64,000 nt of DNA, from contig OZ244999.1 in the NCBI GenBank assembly GCA_965223265.1, positions 1,760,001-1,824,000 on the forward strand. The letters run 5' to 3'. Numbering within the stretch: position 1 is the stretch's first letter; each line of letters starts with the position of its first letter. The notes beneath the pieces were generated by a model that worked only from the letters and a program-made list of their open reading frames with translations, was not told the DNA's origin and did no database searches. The DNA is from Planctomycetota bacterium (GTDB lineage: Bacteria > Planctomycetota > UBA8108 > SXIK01). The position numbers were made by a program, and so were the translations under genes. This document shows, piece after piece, positions 50,295 to 60,274 of this stretch.

Positions 50295-51254
50295 TCATGC
50301 GCGGGAATCTTTCGGCGTTCGTCGTAAGAGAAGCCCGAGGTATTGATCGTCGCGTTGGCGCGTGCGGTTGACTTGGGCGTCGGCGTCGTATGTGAAGACA
50401 CCACGACCGCTCTTGACGCCAAAGTGTCCGGCCTCAATGAGTTCTTTGACCGTGTCCGGCAGCTCGGTGTCGGCGCGCAGGTGGGGCGCGAGGTTGGAGT
50501 AGACGCGGCTCGTGATGTCCCAACCGGCAAAGTCGATGATTTCGAGTGGTCCCATCGCAGCGAGTCGTAGGCCTATGCTGCCGCAGACGGCGCGATCGAT
50601 GTCTTCGGCGCTGGCGATGCCTCTGTCGAGTAGGTCCCAAATCTCACGAAACATGGCGACCTGGATGCGGTTAACGAGAAAGCCGGGGATTTCGCGGTTC
50701 AGCCGTACGGGTTCTTTGCCGATGCTGAAAAGCATGTCGCACGTCCGATCGATGGTCTCAGGCGACGTTTTCTCTCCGGGCACGACTTCGACGATGGGGA
50801 CAATGTGGGGCGGATTGAACCAGTGCGTGACCACGGCGCGCTCCGGGCGTTGGAGCCTCGAGGCGATGTCGGTCATCGGATAGCTGGAGGTGTTGCTGGC
50901 GAGGATCGTCTCTGGAGCGGCCGCCTCTTCGAGACGTTGAAAGAGCTCCTGCTTGACGGTCAGGTCTTCAGCGACCGCTTCGGTAACGAATGAGGCGGGT
51001 TTGACTGCGTCGACTTCGCTTGTTTCGAGGCGGATCCGCTCGATCACTTGCGGTATGTCATCAGCGCGCATCAGCTCGGCGTCCACGAAGCGCTGGAGGT
51101 TGTCGCGAATGCGATCGTGAAGTGTTGCGCGTGCGGTCTCCATCGGGTCATACGCGTGGACCGTGTGCCCGGCGAGTGCGAAGGTTTGCACGATGCCGTG
51201 TCCCATGGTGCCGAGTCCGATGACTGCTGCGATTCGATCGATTTTTTTCGACAT
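50295..51254 (-). CDS. 3-hydroxyacyl-CoA dehydrogenase family protein
   Basis: GLGTMG Rossmann motif, EAVAEDL, ASNTSS, HWFNPPH..VE, GFLVNR and GVKSGRG. Confidence 0.93.
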   Translation of the reverse strand: MSKKIDRIAAVIGLGTMGHGIVQTFALAGHTVHAYDPMETARATLHDRIRDNLQRFVDAELMRADDIPQVIERIRLETSEVDAVKPASFVTEAVAEDLTVKQELFQRLEEAAAPETILASNTSSYPMTDIASRLQRPERAVVTHWFNPPHIVPIVEVVPGEKTSPETIDRTCDMLFSIGKEPVRLNREIPGFLVNRIQVAMFREIWDLLDRGIASAEDIDRAVCGSIGLRLAAMGPLEIIDFAGWDITSRVYSNLAPHLRADTELPDTVKELIEAGHFGVKSGRGVFTYDADAQVNRTRQRDDQYLGLLLRRTPKDSRA

Positions 51255-51531
51255 GTTTTGCTCTTTTGATCTCTCTCACAAGCGATCACCGGAGTTCCTA
51301 TCTCTTTCGCTGCGACAGCTGCCGCGCTTCGGATCTCGCCATCAATACCTACTCTGGTCCAGAAGTGGTGGTCGTTGCGTCATCTGAATCGACGCACGTA
51401 GAATGGCCCAGCCGAAGCGTGACATCGCGAAAAAGCCAATGGCCGAGGTGGTCGGCTGATCTCGGCTCGACATCGTGTCGCGAGTGTCACGACGTTGACA
51501 GCTAACAGCCTCTGTGCGGCAAGGGTAACGC

Positions 51532-52146
51532 ATGTCTCAGCCTAAGCGACCCAAATGGAGCCTCAAATCGACGTTTCTCTATCTTTGCGCCGCAGTTCTC
51601 CTCGTCGTTCCATTGATCGTTTTCCTATTCGACGGATCGATTTGGGCGCGTCTTGAGCTGGCCACGACGGTTCTGGCCGTTGGTCTCTTTTTGTTTCTAT
51701 CGCACGTGCTCTACCACGGCCTTCGTTTCGAGGGCGATCGACGCTTCAGCCTGATTCGTCGCCGAGCAAACAGCGCTGATTTCACTTCTTATTTCGCTTG
51801 CGACTCGTTCGTTGGTCTCTTTTCGACGCTCGGAGAGGTGGGAGGTTTGGCCGGACTTCTGATCGGCTTTCTGCTTGATGTGATCGTCTCGCTGCTTCTG
51901 TCGCTGCTCGTTGCGGCGCTGTTTTGGTTAGGCACCAACGTGCTCATCGTTTCAATCTCTGCTCTCCTTCTCCCGCTCTATCTGATCTTTCGCAGATTCT
52001 TGATGTACGTCGTCTGGTATGGGCGGAGCAGTCGTGGGCGATTGGGGAAATCCTTCTTTGCCGCGGCCTGCTACACCGCTGCCAGCACTCTCTGGCTTTA
52101 TGCTGTGCTTTTCTTCGGTCACTTTCTAGCCAAAGCAGCGACCTGA
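51532..52146 (+). CDS. hypothetical polytopic membrane protein
   Basis: 204-aa ORF with about five hydrophobic helices; fills the gap between neighbouring genes. Confidence 0.75.
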   Translation: MSQPKRPKWSLKSTFLYLCAAVLLVVPLIVFLFDGSIWARLELATTVLAVGLFLFLSHVLYHGLRFEGDRRFSLIRRRANSADFTSYFACDSFVGLFSTLGEVGGLAGLLIGFLLDVIVSLLLSLLVAALFWLGTNVLIVSISALLLPLYLIFRRFLMYVVWYGRSSRGRLGKSFFAAACYTAASTLWLYAVLFFGHFLAKAAT

Positions 52147-52193
52147 CTCTACTCTCGAGTGGTCACGCCGGAGGCGCTGCGGCGGTGCAGCGT

Positions 52194-53174
52194 TCATTTG
52201 ATTCTGAACCAATTGAGGCGCCAGCGCATGGTGTAGTAGTAGAGTCCCAAAAGGCGTGCGAACACGACACCGAGGTACATCCAGAGCAAGGGGACGAGCG
52301 CGAGAAACCACGGTAGGCTGGCACCGATGATCAGTGCGCCTCCAGCTATGAGAGCGAGGGCAGAAACAATGAAAAACAAAAGCAGATAGCTTCCCGGAGA
52401 TTTTAGTATCGATCGCACAAGGAAAGGGTATCTGAATGCGGAAAGGGGCCCGAGAAGGACCACCGCAAGAAACGAAACTCCAAAGAAGAAGAGTCCGAGT
52501 AAGATCCCACTCAGTAGAAAAAAGATGTGCCACGCGAGCGACATGGGAGTCGCAAAGAGCGCGACATTGACGGGCACGAGTGGCCACCAAGCGGCGACCG
52601 CTGCGGCGCACGAGTGACGCAGCGATCCAAAGAAACTGTGGAACTCGTCGCTGAGGTCTGGCCAATCGGGAAAGCGATTTTGGCCGTCCGCGGTTTCGAC
52701 GATGACGTCGAACACGAGTCGCAGGAAGTATGTCGAGACGACCGCGCATCCGAGCCACCCAAACACCGAGAGCATCGATAGGTAGATGAACGGCGTGGCG
52801 AAGACCCAGCCGACAAGCAGAGTCGTCAGGCCATCTGAACGGAGAGGATAGAGAAAAGCGCCACCTACATAAGACCAAAGAGTACGGTCCACGTCGTCGT
52901 CCGACAGACTCCACGCGGCGTCGATCTCTTCGGCGCTGTTTTCTGTATCGTCATCGGTGTCAGCGCTCTCCGCCTCGCCTTCTTCTGCCTCAGATGTGTC
53001 GGTGAGCGCCAATTGCTCACCACACTTCGGACACACGATCGGTTCCCCGCGCGAAACAAACGCCTCGCCGCACGGGCATTCGATCTCTAGTTCAACGTCG
53101 TAAAGGTCGGCGTCGCGATCGAACTCGGGGTCGTCGTTCACGTCGACTTCCGGATCGCCATCCCACTCATGCAT
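52194..53174 (-). CDS. membrane protein with an acidic N-terminal zinc ribbon (DUF4013-like)
   Basis: CPCG...CPKCG, then AFLYP, FPDWPD and ARLLGLYY membrane region. ATG at 53174 preferred. Confidence 0.7.
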   Translation of the reverse strand: MHEWDGDPEVDVNDDPEFDRDADLYDVELEIECPCGEAFVSRGEPIVCPKCGEQLALTDTSEAEEGEAESADTDDDTENSAEEIDAAWSLSDDDVDRTLWSYVGGAFLYPLRSDGLTTLLVGWVFATPFIYLSMLSVFGWLGCAVVSTYFLRLVFDVIVETADGQNRFPDWPDLSDEFHSFFGSLRHSCAAAVAAWWPLVPVNVALFATPMSLAWHIFFLLSGILLGLFFFGVSFLAVVLLGPLSAFRYPFLVRSILKSPGSYLLLFFIVSALALIAGGALIIGASLPWFLALVPLLWMYLGVVFARLLGLYYYTMRWRLNWFRIK

Positions 53175-53440
53175 AGTGCTCTTCAGCCCTTCCTGGCGTG
53201 AGAACTCATCCTGACGTCTCCCTGACATACGGTACTGGCTGGTGCGGATAACTACCAACCGAAACCGGGAGCGGCGGCGCCCGCGTAGCCGCGGGAACAC
53301 ACTTACTGAGGAGACTGAACAATCGTCCTCCGGCCTGCGTCGGAGTCTCTCACCAGAACAACGATCAGGCGTCGTTTTTAGACTTCCGACGAATTCCTAC
53401 AGCCAGCTTGGCGAGAACATGCCGAACTTGAGAGTAGAAT

Positions 53441-54925
53441 GTGTCCACCATGTATAAAGATCGAATCACGCTCTGGGCTCTCTCCTGGTTTTTCGCTCTA
53501 TCGTTCCAGCTCACCGGGTCAGCCGAACCAGACTTTCGCGTGCCCGTAGGTCAGCGACAACTCTTCCTCGACGACCACGGCGTGCGCGAACTCGAGAATT
53601 TGGTGCGCACGCTCCACCAGCCGGAGAAGCGCGGCGCGGTGCTGCGCAGCCCGAGGCCGCAGCAGACGATCCAGACGCGCACGACGCCTGTCTGGGATCC
53701 GGTCGCCGAACGCTTCAAGTTCTGGGTCCTGACGATCGACCAGAATCTGTGGGAAAGCGTCGACGGGCTCAACTGGACGCCAGGCGCGCAGACGAATCAG
53801 CGCGCGAATATGGTGGTCTACGACCCGATCGATCCGGATCCTTCTCGCCGCTTCAAATGCGCGCGACTGGGCCGCGGCTTTGCCGTCTCACCCAATGGCG
53901 TGACGTGGACGCAGCTGGACGTACCTGCGATCCAGAGTTCTGACGAGGGTAACTTTAGCTACGACCCGGCTCACGGGCTCTTTATCCACACGGTCAAACG
54001 CTCGGGTCCGTATGGCCGCTCCGTCGCGATCGCCACCAGTCGGGATTTCGAGACATGGGAAGACTACGGCGTCGTTTTCCATGCCGATGAGCTCGATCAG
54101 GAGCTGGGGCGTCGACGCATCCAGGCGCGACGCGCCAATCCCAACCTGAAGCAGACCGAGTACGACACGCCCGAGGACTACAGCGTGCAGATTTACAACA
54201 TGGGTGTCTTTCACTACGAGGGAATCTACATCGGGCTGCCTTCGATGTATCACCACACCGGCAAGGTCCCCAAGGATTGGCCGGGGTTCGACAAAATCAA
54301 GCTTTCGCCATACATCCTCGGGCTTGTCCGCAAATACGGTGACTACACCGGCTTTTACGACATTCAGGTCGTCTGTAGTCGCGATCTGCGCAACTGGAAA
54401 CGCGTGGGGGAACGACGGCCGTTCATCGAAAACTCACCGCTCGGAGCAGGCGCTTACGACACGCAAACGATGTGCGGTCCCTCGTCGCCGCTCGTGCGTG
54501 GCGACGAATTATGGTTTTTTTACACGGGCATCAAGAATTACGCCTTCATCGGCTCCGGAGAAGATCCTGGCTACGATGACTACGTTCCCGACGCAGGAGC
54601 AGTCTGCCTCGCCGTGTTGCGGCGCGATGGTTTCATTTCGCTCGATGCCGGGGAGCAACCAGGGCGTTTGACGACGAAGCCCTTCAGACTCGGAGGCGAC
54701 CGACTGCTGATCAACGTCGCCGTCAAGCTCGGCGGCGAAATGGTTGTGGAATTGCTCGACGCCAAGGACGTCGTTCGCGCTGTGTCTGAACCCGTGGCAC
54801 TTGACCAGCGTCGTGGCGAGATCTCGTGGAGGTCCGGGAGCTTAACTCCCCTCGAAGGGAGCGTCGTCAGTCTTCGGTTCACGCTGCGGAATGCTGGGCT
54901 CTATTCGTACTGGATTGGCGACTAG
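53441..54925 (+). CDS. secreted beta-propeller glycoside hydrolase-like protein (GH32/43-like)
   Basis: Signal peptide, RQLFLDD, Asp-box repeats (SVDGLNW, SPNGVTW, SRDFETW, SRDLRNW), LRRDGFISL and LYSYW C-terminus. Confidence 0.75.
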   Translation: MSTMYKDRITLWALSWFFALSFQLTGSAEPDFRVPVGQRQLFLDDHGVRELENLVRTLHQPEKRGAVLRSPRPQQTIQTRTTPVWDPVAERFKFWVLTIDQNLWESVDGLNWTPGAQTNQRANMVVYDPIDPDPSRRFKCARLGRGFAVSPNGVTWTQLDVPAIQSSDEGNFSYDPAHGLFIHTVKRSGPYGRSVAIATSRDFETWEDYGVVFHADELDQELGRRRIQARRANPNLKQTEYDTPEDYSVQIYNMGVFHYEGIYIGLPSMYHHTGKVPKDWPGFDKIKLSPYILGLVRKYGDYTGFYDIQVVCSRDLRNWKRVGERRPFIENSPLGAGAYDTQTMCGPSSPLVRGDELWFFYTGIKNYAFIGSGEDPGYDDYVPDAGAVCLAVLRRDGFISLDAGEQPGRLTTKPFRLGGDRLLINVAVKLGGEMVVELLDAKDVVRAVSEPVALDQRRGEISWRSGSLTPLEGSVVSLRFTLRNAGLYSYWIGD

Positions 54926-54973
54926 CACGAGGAAGAGCACCGCGACTGGCGCTGCGGTCATGAGATTGCGACT

Positions 54974-57445
54974 CTATGGAGACGACTCGATCTCCCGGAA
55001 TCGAAACGCGACGCATAGACTCGACGCGTCCGCATTCGCTTCTGCGACCGCCATACAGTTCGCGCTGTCAGAATGCTCGTAGGAGAAGCTGGCAAGATTT
55101 GTGACGCCCTGAACGTCAGGCGCAGAAACGTTCCAGACACGACAGCGGTTGACGCGCACCACCAAGCGATATGAAGTTTCTGGTTCAGCGACGAGACCGT
55201 CGAGTCTGACGAAGCTCCGCCGATTGTCCTGTGCCGTCGTGGCGATGGCAGATGCTGCGAGCTGTGGACACGTCTCGGGAGTTTCTGTCATCTTCCAAAG
55301 GGCAACATTGAACGGGGCCTCTCCCGGAGGCTCGAGCTCTCCGTCGACGATCAGTTCTACGAGTCGAATTGACGCTGTCCCCGAAGTGAACGTCGTGCCG
55401 ACGTGAAGAACCTCTGAAGCGATCTCATGAACCTCTGGGCGTACCTCGCCACTACCGACTGGCAGCGGCAGACCGGCTCCAGTCGTTCCCGTCGTAAAAA
55501 GAGTAGGACTCTCCCGTGGTGGTTCGAACGCATCGCCGATCCGCACGCACCCACTTCGAAAGACGACGATCTCCCGATGAGGCACAATAGCGAGAAACTC
55601 CTGCGACAACGAACCGAGGAGTGGATTGACATCTTTGTCGACGCGGAGGGGCGGCAGCCCAGGAAAATCGACAGCGACGTCGAAGCGATTGATCACCGGA
55701 TCGCGCGACAGGCCAAACGTGAGGGCGTACTCGTTCTGATTCAAGTAACCAGAAGCGCTGGAAGTGAACTGAACGCGGTGCACTTGGTGTTCGTTAAACT
55801 CTTCACCGTCGACGTTGATCCTGACGACGGCGCCGAACTCGTTTTCAAGCCACGGTTCATGCGCCAGATCAGATTCGACCGGACAGGTCGATTCGACTTC
55901 CGGGAGGTTGGACACCGGACGCACGCGGACATACTGCTTTTCGTCGGGCCGCGTCGAATCGCCATACAGAATGTTTTCGTAGAAGTGGCTCAATCGCTCT
56001 TGACGATTCGATTGAAAGAAGTTGGCGAGTGCGCAATCGACATCGCCGTCTTGATCCCAGTCACCCCAGGCGGGGACGACCCCAGGAAAGTCGCGGCGGT
56101 CGTTATCGGGGTCCGCCGGGTCTTTGAACGCCAAGTGGTGTGGGTCGATGTCGTGGGTGGCGAGGTAGAATCCGGGCGTCCCGCCGGTTTCGAGGAATCG
56201 GTTGAGATGGAATGCGTCACGAGACGTGAGGTCAAGGTCGCCGTCATTGTCCCAGTCGATCACCGACAATCCAACAGACCAAACGTGAAAGGCGGGGGCC
56301 TCGATCCGCTGGGGCGCGGCTGCGGCGAACGTGCCGTCTCCTAAGTTGTCCCATATGACGAGCTGTTCTGGAAAACGGTAAGCGATCGCGAGGTCGAGGT
56401 CGCCGTCATGGTCGTAGTCAAGAAAAGCAGCTCCTTCATCTAACGTCGCGCGAGTGATACCGACGTCTGTCGGCTGAAGCGGATCGAATCTCGGCGTGCC
56501 GACAGTCGAGCGGTTTTGATAGAGCGTTGCGTTCGAGAACAGATCGAGATCGCCGTCCTGATCGTAGTCGGCGAATTGAGCTCCTTCAGGGTTGGGGGTG
56601 TCGGGAGGGTTGATGATTCCTGCATTTTCGCCGCGCTCTTCGAACCGGTATCCCTCGTCCGTCCCCAGATTGACGAACAAGAAGTTGCGACTGCCGTTTC
56701 TTGGATATGCCGGAAGAAACATGTCCAAGTCACGATCGAAGTCGATGTCACCCCAACAAATCGTTTCCGTGAGGGAGCCGCAGAGTGGCGAGGGAAATAA
56801 CTCACTCGGAATAGCTTCGTCTGTGGCATCGACAATCTCTCCATCGCTATACCGCAGGAGCGCGAAGCAACGAGTGAGAAGCTGTTCCTCGCGTCTCGGT
56901 TCTGTCGCGATCTCCGGTAAGCCGTCGTTGTCGAAATCTCCGAACGACGATCCGTAACGCCACGTGTCCGTCCCAAGAAACGCAGGGATTTCCTCCCAAT
57001 CAGTGCCTTCCATGTTGCGCCACAGCGTTCCCGTGCGATACGCGAACAGGTCGATCCAGCCGTCTCGATCAACGTCACCGAAGGAGATGGCTCCGGCCGT
57101 CCCTAGGTGGAACCCTTCTGAGCCCCAGCGACGTAACGGAACATCGATCGTCGGGGCGTCGCCGTCGACAAAGAGGAACTGGAGGACGAAGATTGCGTCT
57201 GAGATGTCGACAGTGAAGTCGCGATTCGCGTCCGCTGGTCGTAGGTGCGGCGGCCGCTCTGCTCCATCGACGAACAGAAACTGAAGAATTGAGATGGCAT
57301 CGGATATGTCGACGGCTCGATCTGAGTTCGCATCGCCGGCCACGATCGGCACGTTCGAATTCAGAGATTCCGATTGTGCTCGAACTTCCTGGATTGCCAG
57401 GCCGAGCGCAACGTGTAGAACGATTGCACTCGAGAAGCGTCTCAT
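54974..57445 (-). CDS. secreted dockerin + FG-GAP/VCBS repeat protein (CRTAC1/ASPIC-UnbV-like)
   Basis: Duplicated DANxDxxVDISDAIxxLQFLF dockerin, several GDxDxDGxxD repeats, and SGYLNQNE. Confidence 0.85.
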   Translation of the reverse strand: MRRFSSAIVLHVALGLAIQEVRAQSESLNSNVPIVAGDANSDRAVDISDAISILQFLFVDGAERPPHLRPADANRDFTVDISDAIFVLQFLFVDGDAPTIDVPLRRWGSEGFHLGTAGAISFGDVDRDGWIDLFAYRTGTLWRNMEGTDWEEIPAFLGTDTWRYGSSFGDFDNDGLPEIATEPRREEQLLTRCFALLRYSDGEIVDATDEAIPSELFPSPLCGSLTETICWGDIDFDRDLDMFLPAYPRNGSRNFLFVNLGTDEGYRFEERGENAGIINPPDTPNPEGAQFADYDQDGDLDLFSNATLYQNRSTVGTPRFDPLQPTDVGITRATLDEGAAFLDYDHDGDLDLAIAYRFPEQLVIWDNLGDGTFAAAAPQRIEAPAFHVWSVGLSVIDWDNDGDLDLTSRDAFHLNRFLETGGTPGFYLATHDIDPHHLAFKDPADPDNDRRDFPGVVPAWGDWDQDGDVDCALANFFQSNRQERLSHFYENILYGDSTRPDEKQYVRVRPVSNLPEVESTCPVESDLAHEPWLENEFGAVVRINVDGEEFNEHQVHRVQFTSSASGYLNQNEYALTFGLSRDPVINRFDVAVDFPGLPPLRVDKDVNPLLGSLSQEFLAIVPHREIVVFRSGCVRIGDAFEPPRESPTLFTTGTTGAGLPLPVGSGEVRPEVHEIASEVLHVGTTFTSGTASIRLVELIVDGELEPPGEAPFNVALWKMTETPETCPQLAASAIATTAQDNRRSFVRLDGLVAEPETSYRLVVRVNRCRVWNVSAPDVQGVTNLASFSYEHSDSANCMAVAEANADASSLCVAFRFREIESSP

Positions 57446-57716
57446 GTGGACCTCCGGAACCGTCGTCGGGCGAAAGAGGGCGAGACAGGCGAGCTGGCTA
57501 TTCGTTGGGAATAGCCACTGGCGCATGTTTCGAATAAGAAAGTCCCTACGTGCGATCAAAACACCACATCGCTGCGGGCGCAACGATCAAGTGTCGTGTG
57601 ATGTCGTCACGACTGACAAAGCCGTTCCCCGTACTTCGTGCGCAGAGTTCTCGACACAACGGAAGTTGACGTCGGTCTCGCTGGCGTCGACGATCGTTAC
57701 GTGAAAGACGACTGAG

Positions 57717-58499
57717 GTGGTCATGATTCGCACGCTGTTTGTGTCCATCGGCGTCCCTGCGGCTCCGCCCGATGGCAGAGGCACGCTTCGACACTGGGTT
57801 CCATCGCCGGTGATTGCGGTAGCCGAGGTTCTTGCGATCGTGCTTCTCTTCACCGGATGCACGTCGATGTATTGGAAGGATCGCGGAAAGGACCTGGTCG
57901 ATCCGTTTGGTTTTGGTTTCGGCTCGGGTGGTCTTGGTTTTAACGTCCGCGCAACGCATTTCGTTCAGGTCGGATTCGGCGGAGAGCTCGACTTCGAGCG
58001 CCGCTTCCGCTTCCTCGGGCGCGATGTCGACTGGCCTGGATACACAGCGTTCGAAGCGGGCGTGGCGCCACTTGGCTACATTCGTGCATACGAAGATGGG
58101 GGTGTCGACGCGACGTCGCGCGGAGTGCTTTTCGGGCGGACCTTCGGCCGCACCGGTGACGATGGCTCGCGCGAGCTGTCGGTGTTCGCGCCCGCTCGCA
58201 GTGACTACTTCGCTGGCTACGATCGGCGGCTCTTCGACATCGGCGTCTCCGTGCGCGTGCTCATCGGTGGTGACGTCGAGTTCAATCCGTTTGAGTTGGT
58301 CGATTTCGTCCTTGGATTCTTTGGCGCCGACATTGCTGACGACGACGGCTCCGCCGACCACGGTGCGGACGCACAACAGCGCAGGCGCACGCCGGACGTG
58401 CCAGCGGATGCCCAGCCGACCGTACCCCATCACGACAACACACCCGGGAACGACTCTCCCAACGTTCTGGAAGGCCAGCCCATCGACCAGCCTCGGTAA
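57717..58499 (+). CDS. hypothetical lipoprotein (true start probably near 57810)
   Basis: Lipobox LFTGC followed by YWKDRGKD, beta-strand-rich body and NPFELVDFVLGFFGADI motif. Confidence 0.7.
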   Translation: MVMIRTLFVSIGVPAAPPDGRGTLRHWVPSPVIAVAEVLAIVLLFTGCTSMYWKDRGKDLVDPFGFGFGSGGLGFNVRATHFVQVGFGGELDFERRFRFLGRDVDWPGYTAFEAGVAPLGYIRAYEDGGVDATSRGVLFGRTFGRTGDDGSRELSVFAPARSDYFAGYDRRLFDIGVSVRVLIGGDVEFNPFELVDFVLGFFGADIADDDGSADHGADAQQRRRTPDVPADAQPTVPHHDNTPGNDSPNVLEGQPIDQPR

Positions 58500-58529
58500 A
58501 CCTACGACTGATCTGACTCTCGGCGCTGT

Positions 58530-60209
58530 TTAGCCCAAGAACGTATCCGGCGGGATCGCCGTCTGCTCGGTCACGACCTCGACGACGCACGGACGCCCCG
58601 CCGCCAGCGCTTGCTCGAGCGCAGGTGTGATCTCGCCTGGGCGTTCGACCCTGATGCCCTCGGCGCCCATGCTGCGTGCAATCGCTGCGAACGATGCGTC
58701 GCTGAACTGCCAGAGCTCACCGTGGCGGCCTCGCAGCTCGCCGCCGTAGGCCTGTTTGTAGACATCGATCTCTTGGTTGAGCGAGCGGTTGTTGTTGATC
58801 ACAAGCACGGCTGCGATGTTCCAGCGCACGGCTGTCTCGAGTTCACTTAAGTGGTACCAGAAACCACCGTCGCCCGAGAAAAGGACGACCGGACGGTCCG
58901 GGAGCGCCAGTTTTGCGCCGAGCGCCGCGGGCAAGCCCCAGCCGAGCGAGCCTGCGGCACGGATGAACTCTTGGCCCGGTCTCGTCAGATCGATCATCGT
59001 GCCCGTCCACATACCCGAGTGACCTGTCTCCGACACCAGGAGTGCGTCCGACGGGAGGAGGTCGGTGAGATCACGGCAAAGCCGCGCCGGCTCGATCGGC
59101 ACCGCGTCCGAGGCGAAGAGCGGCTCGTACTCACTGCGCCAAGCGTTCACGAAGGACTGTGCGTGCGCCACCCAAGGGGCGCGGATCTGGCTCGTCGTGC
59201 TGTCGGCCGCTTCGCTCAGCTGCGATAGCACCGTCTTCGCGTCTCCTAACAGCGACACTTCGTTGGGATAGTGTCGCCCGAGCTCGGTTGCTTCGATGTC
59301 GAGCTGTATGACCGGTGTCCCGGGCGGAGGCACGCGCCACTGAAACGTCACCTGGCTTCCCGTGTGGCTGCCGACGAAAAAGACGAGGTCGGCTTCAAGC
59401 ACTGCCTGGTTGGCACTCTTACGCGAATACCAACCAGGTACGCCGACATTCAGTGGGTGGTCACCGCGCAAAACGTCCTTGGCGTTGAGTGACGTCGCCA
59501 CTGGAATGTTCAGCTTCTCCGCAAGCACTCGCAGTTCCGGTCCAGCTTGCGAGGCTCGGACGCCCCCGCCGGCAACGATCACCGGCTTCTTAGCTGCTTC
59601 GAGCCGTCGCACCGCGGCGCGAACCACCTCCGGATCGGCCGCAGGGCGAAAAGGCGGCACGGCGCCGAACTGAGATTCCACGATCACCTCGAGATCGGCC
59701 TCCTGGAGCTCGACTTCGCCAAGGTGTCCTGCGAGCTCGATATGGGCTGGCCCTGGCGTGCCAGTCGTGGCGGCGCGAAACGCTTGCCGCATAACGTCTG
59801 GAAGACGCGCCACGTCGTCGACGTGAGCGCTGTACTTCGTCACGGGTCCGAAAAGCGAGAAATCGTCGATCTCCTGGTAGGTGTGACGGTGACGCGAGTA
59901 GGAGTAGGGGCCGCCTGTGAAAACGACCAGTGGTGAGCAGGCGAGGAAGGGATCACGCAGCGCGGCCGCTAAGTTCGCTGCGCCGACGCACTGCGCGAAG
60001 CTGATGCCGGGTCGCCCACTGGCGCGCGCGTAACCGTCGGCCATGTAGGCCGCGGATTTCTCCCCGTGAGTCATGACGCGCTGAATTCCCGTGCGGTCAT
60101 CAAGCTCGGCGAGCGTGCGGCTCATGATCGCCGGCACAAAGAAGACGTGGGTGACGCCATAAGCTTTTAGTGAGTCGGCGATGAACTGGGCGCCAGAAAG
60201 TTGTGTCAT
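58530..60209 (-). CDS. thiamine diphosphate-dependent enzyme (acetolactate synthase large subunit-like)
   Basis: GVTHVF, HGEKSAAYMADGYAR, KKPVIVAGGG and the ThDP motif GDGGF...NN. Confidence 0.93.
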   Translation of the reverse strand: MTQLSGAQFIADSLKAYGVTHVFFVPAIMSRTLAELDDRTGIQRVMTHGEKSAAYMADGYARASGRPGISFAQCVGAANLAAALRDPFLACSPLVVFTGGPYSYSRHRHTYQEIDDFSLFGPVTKYSAHVDDVARLPDVMRQAFRAATTGTPGPAHIELAGHLGEVELQEADLEVIVESQFGAVPPFRPAADPEVVRAAVRRLEAAKKPVIVAGGGVRASQAGPELRVLAEKLNIPVATSLNAKDVLRGDHPLNVGVPGWYSRKSANQAVLEADLVFFVGSHTGSQVTFQWRVPPPGTPVIQLDIEATELGRHYPNEVSLLGDAKTVLSQLSEAADSTTSQIRAPWVAHAQSFVNAWRSEYEPLFASDAVPIEPARLCRDLTDLLPSDALLVSETGHSGMWTGTMIDLTRPGQEFIRAAGSLGWGLPAALGAKLALPDRPVVLFSGDGGFWYHLSELETAVRWNIAAVLVINNNRSLNQEIDVYKQAYGGELRGRHGELWQFSDASFAAIARSMGAEGIRVERPGEITPALEQALAAGRPCVVEVVTEQTAIPPDTFLG

Positions 60210-60274
60210 AGGGCTATGCCGTCGGTCGTGTCGATTGCTTCGCGGTGTGCCTCTCTTGAGAGCAGCTATTGACG

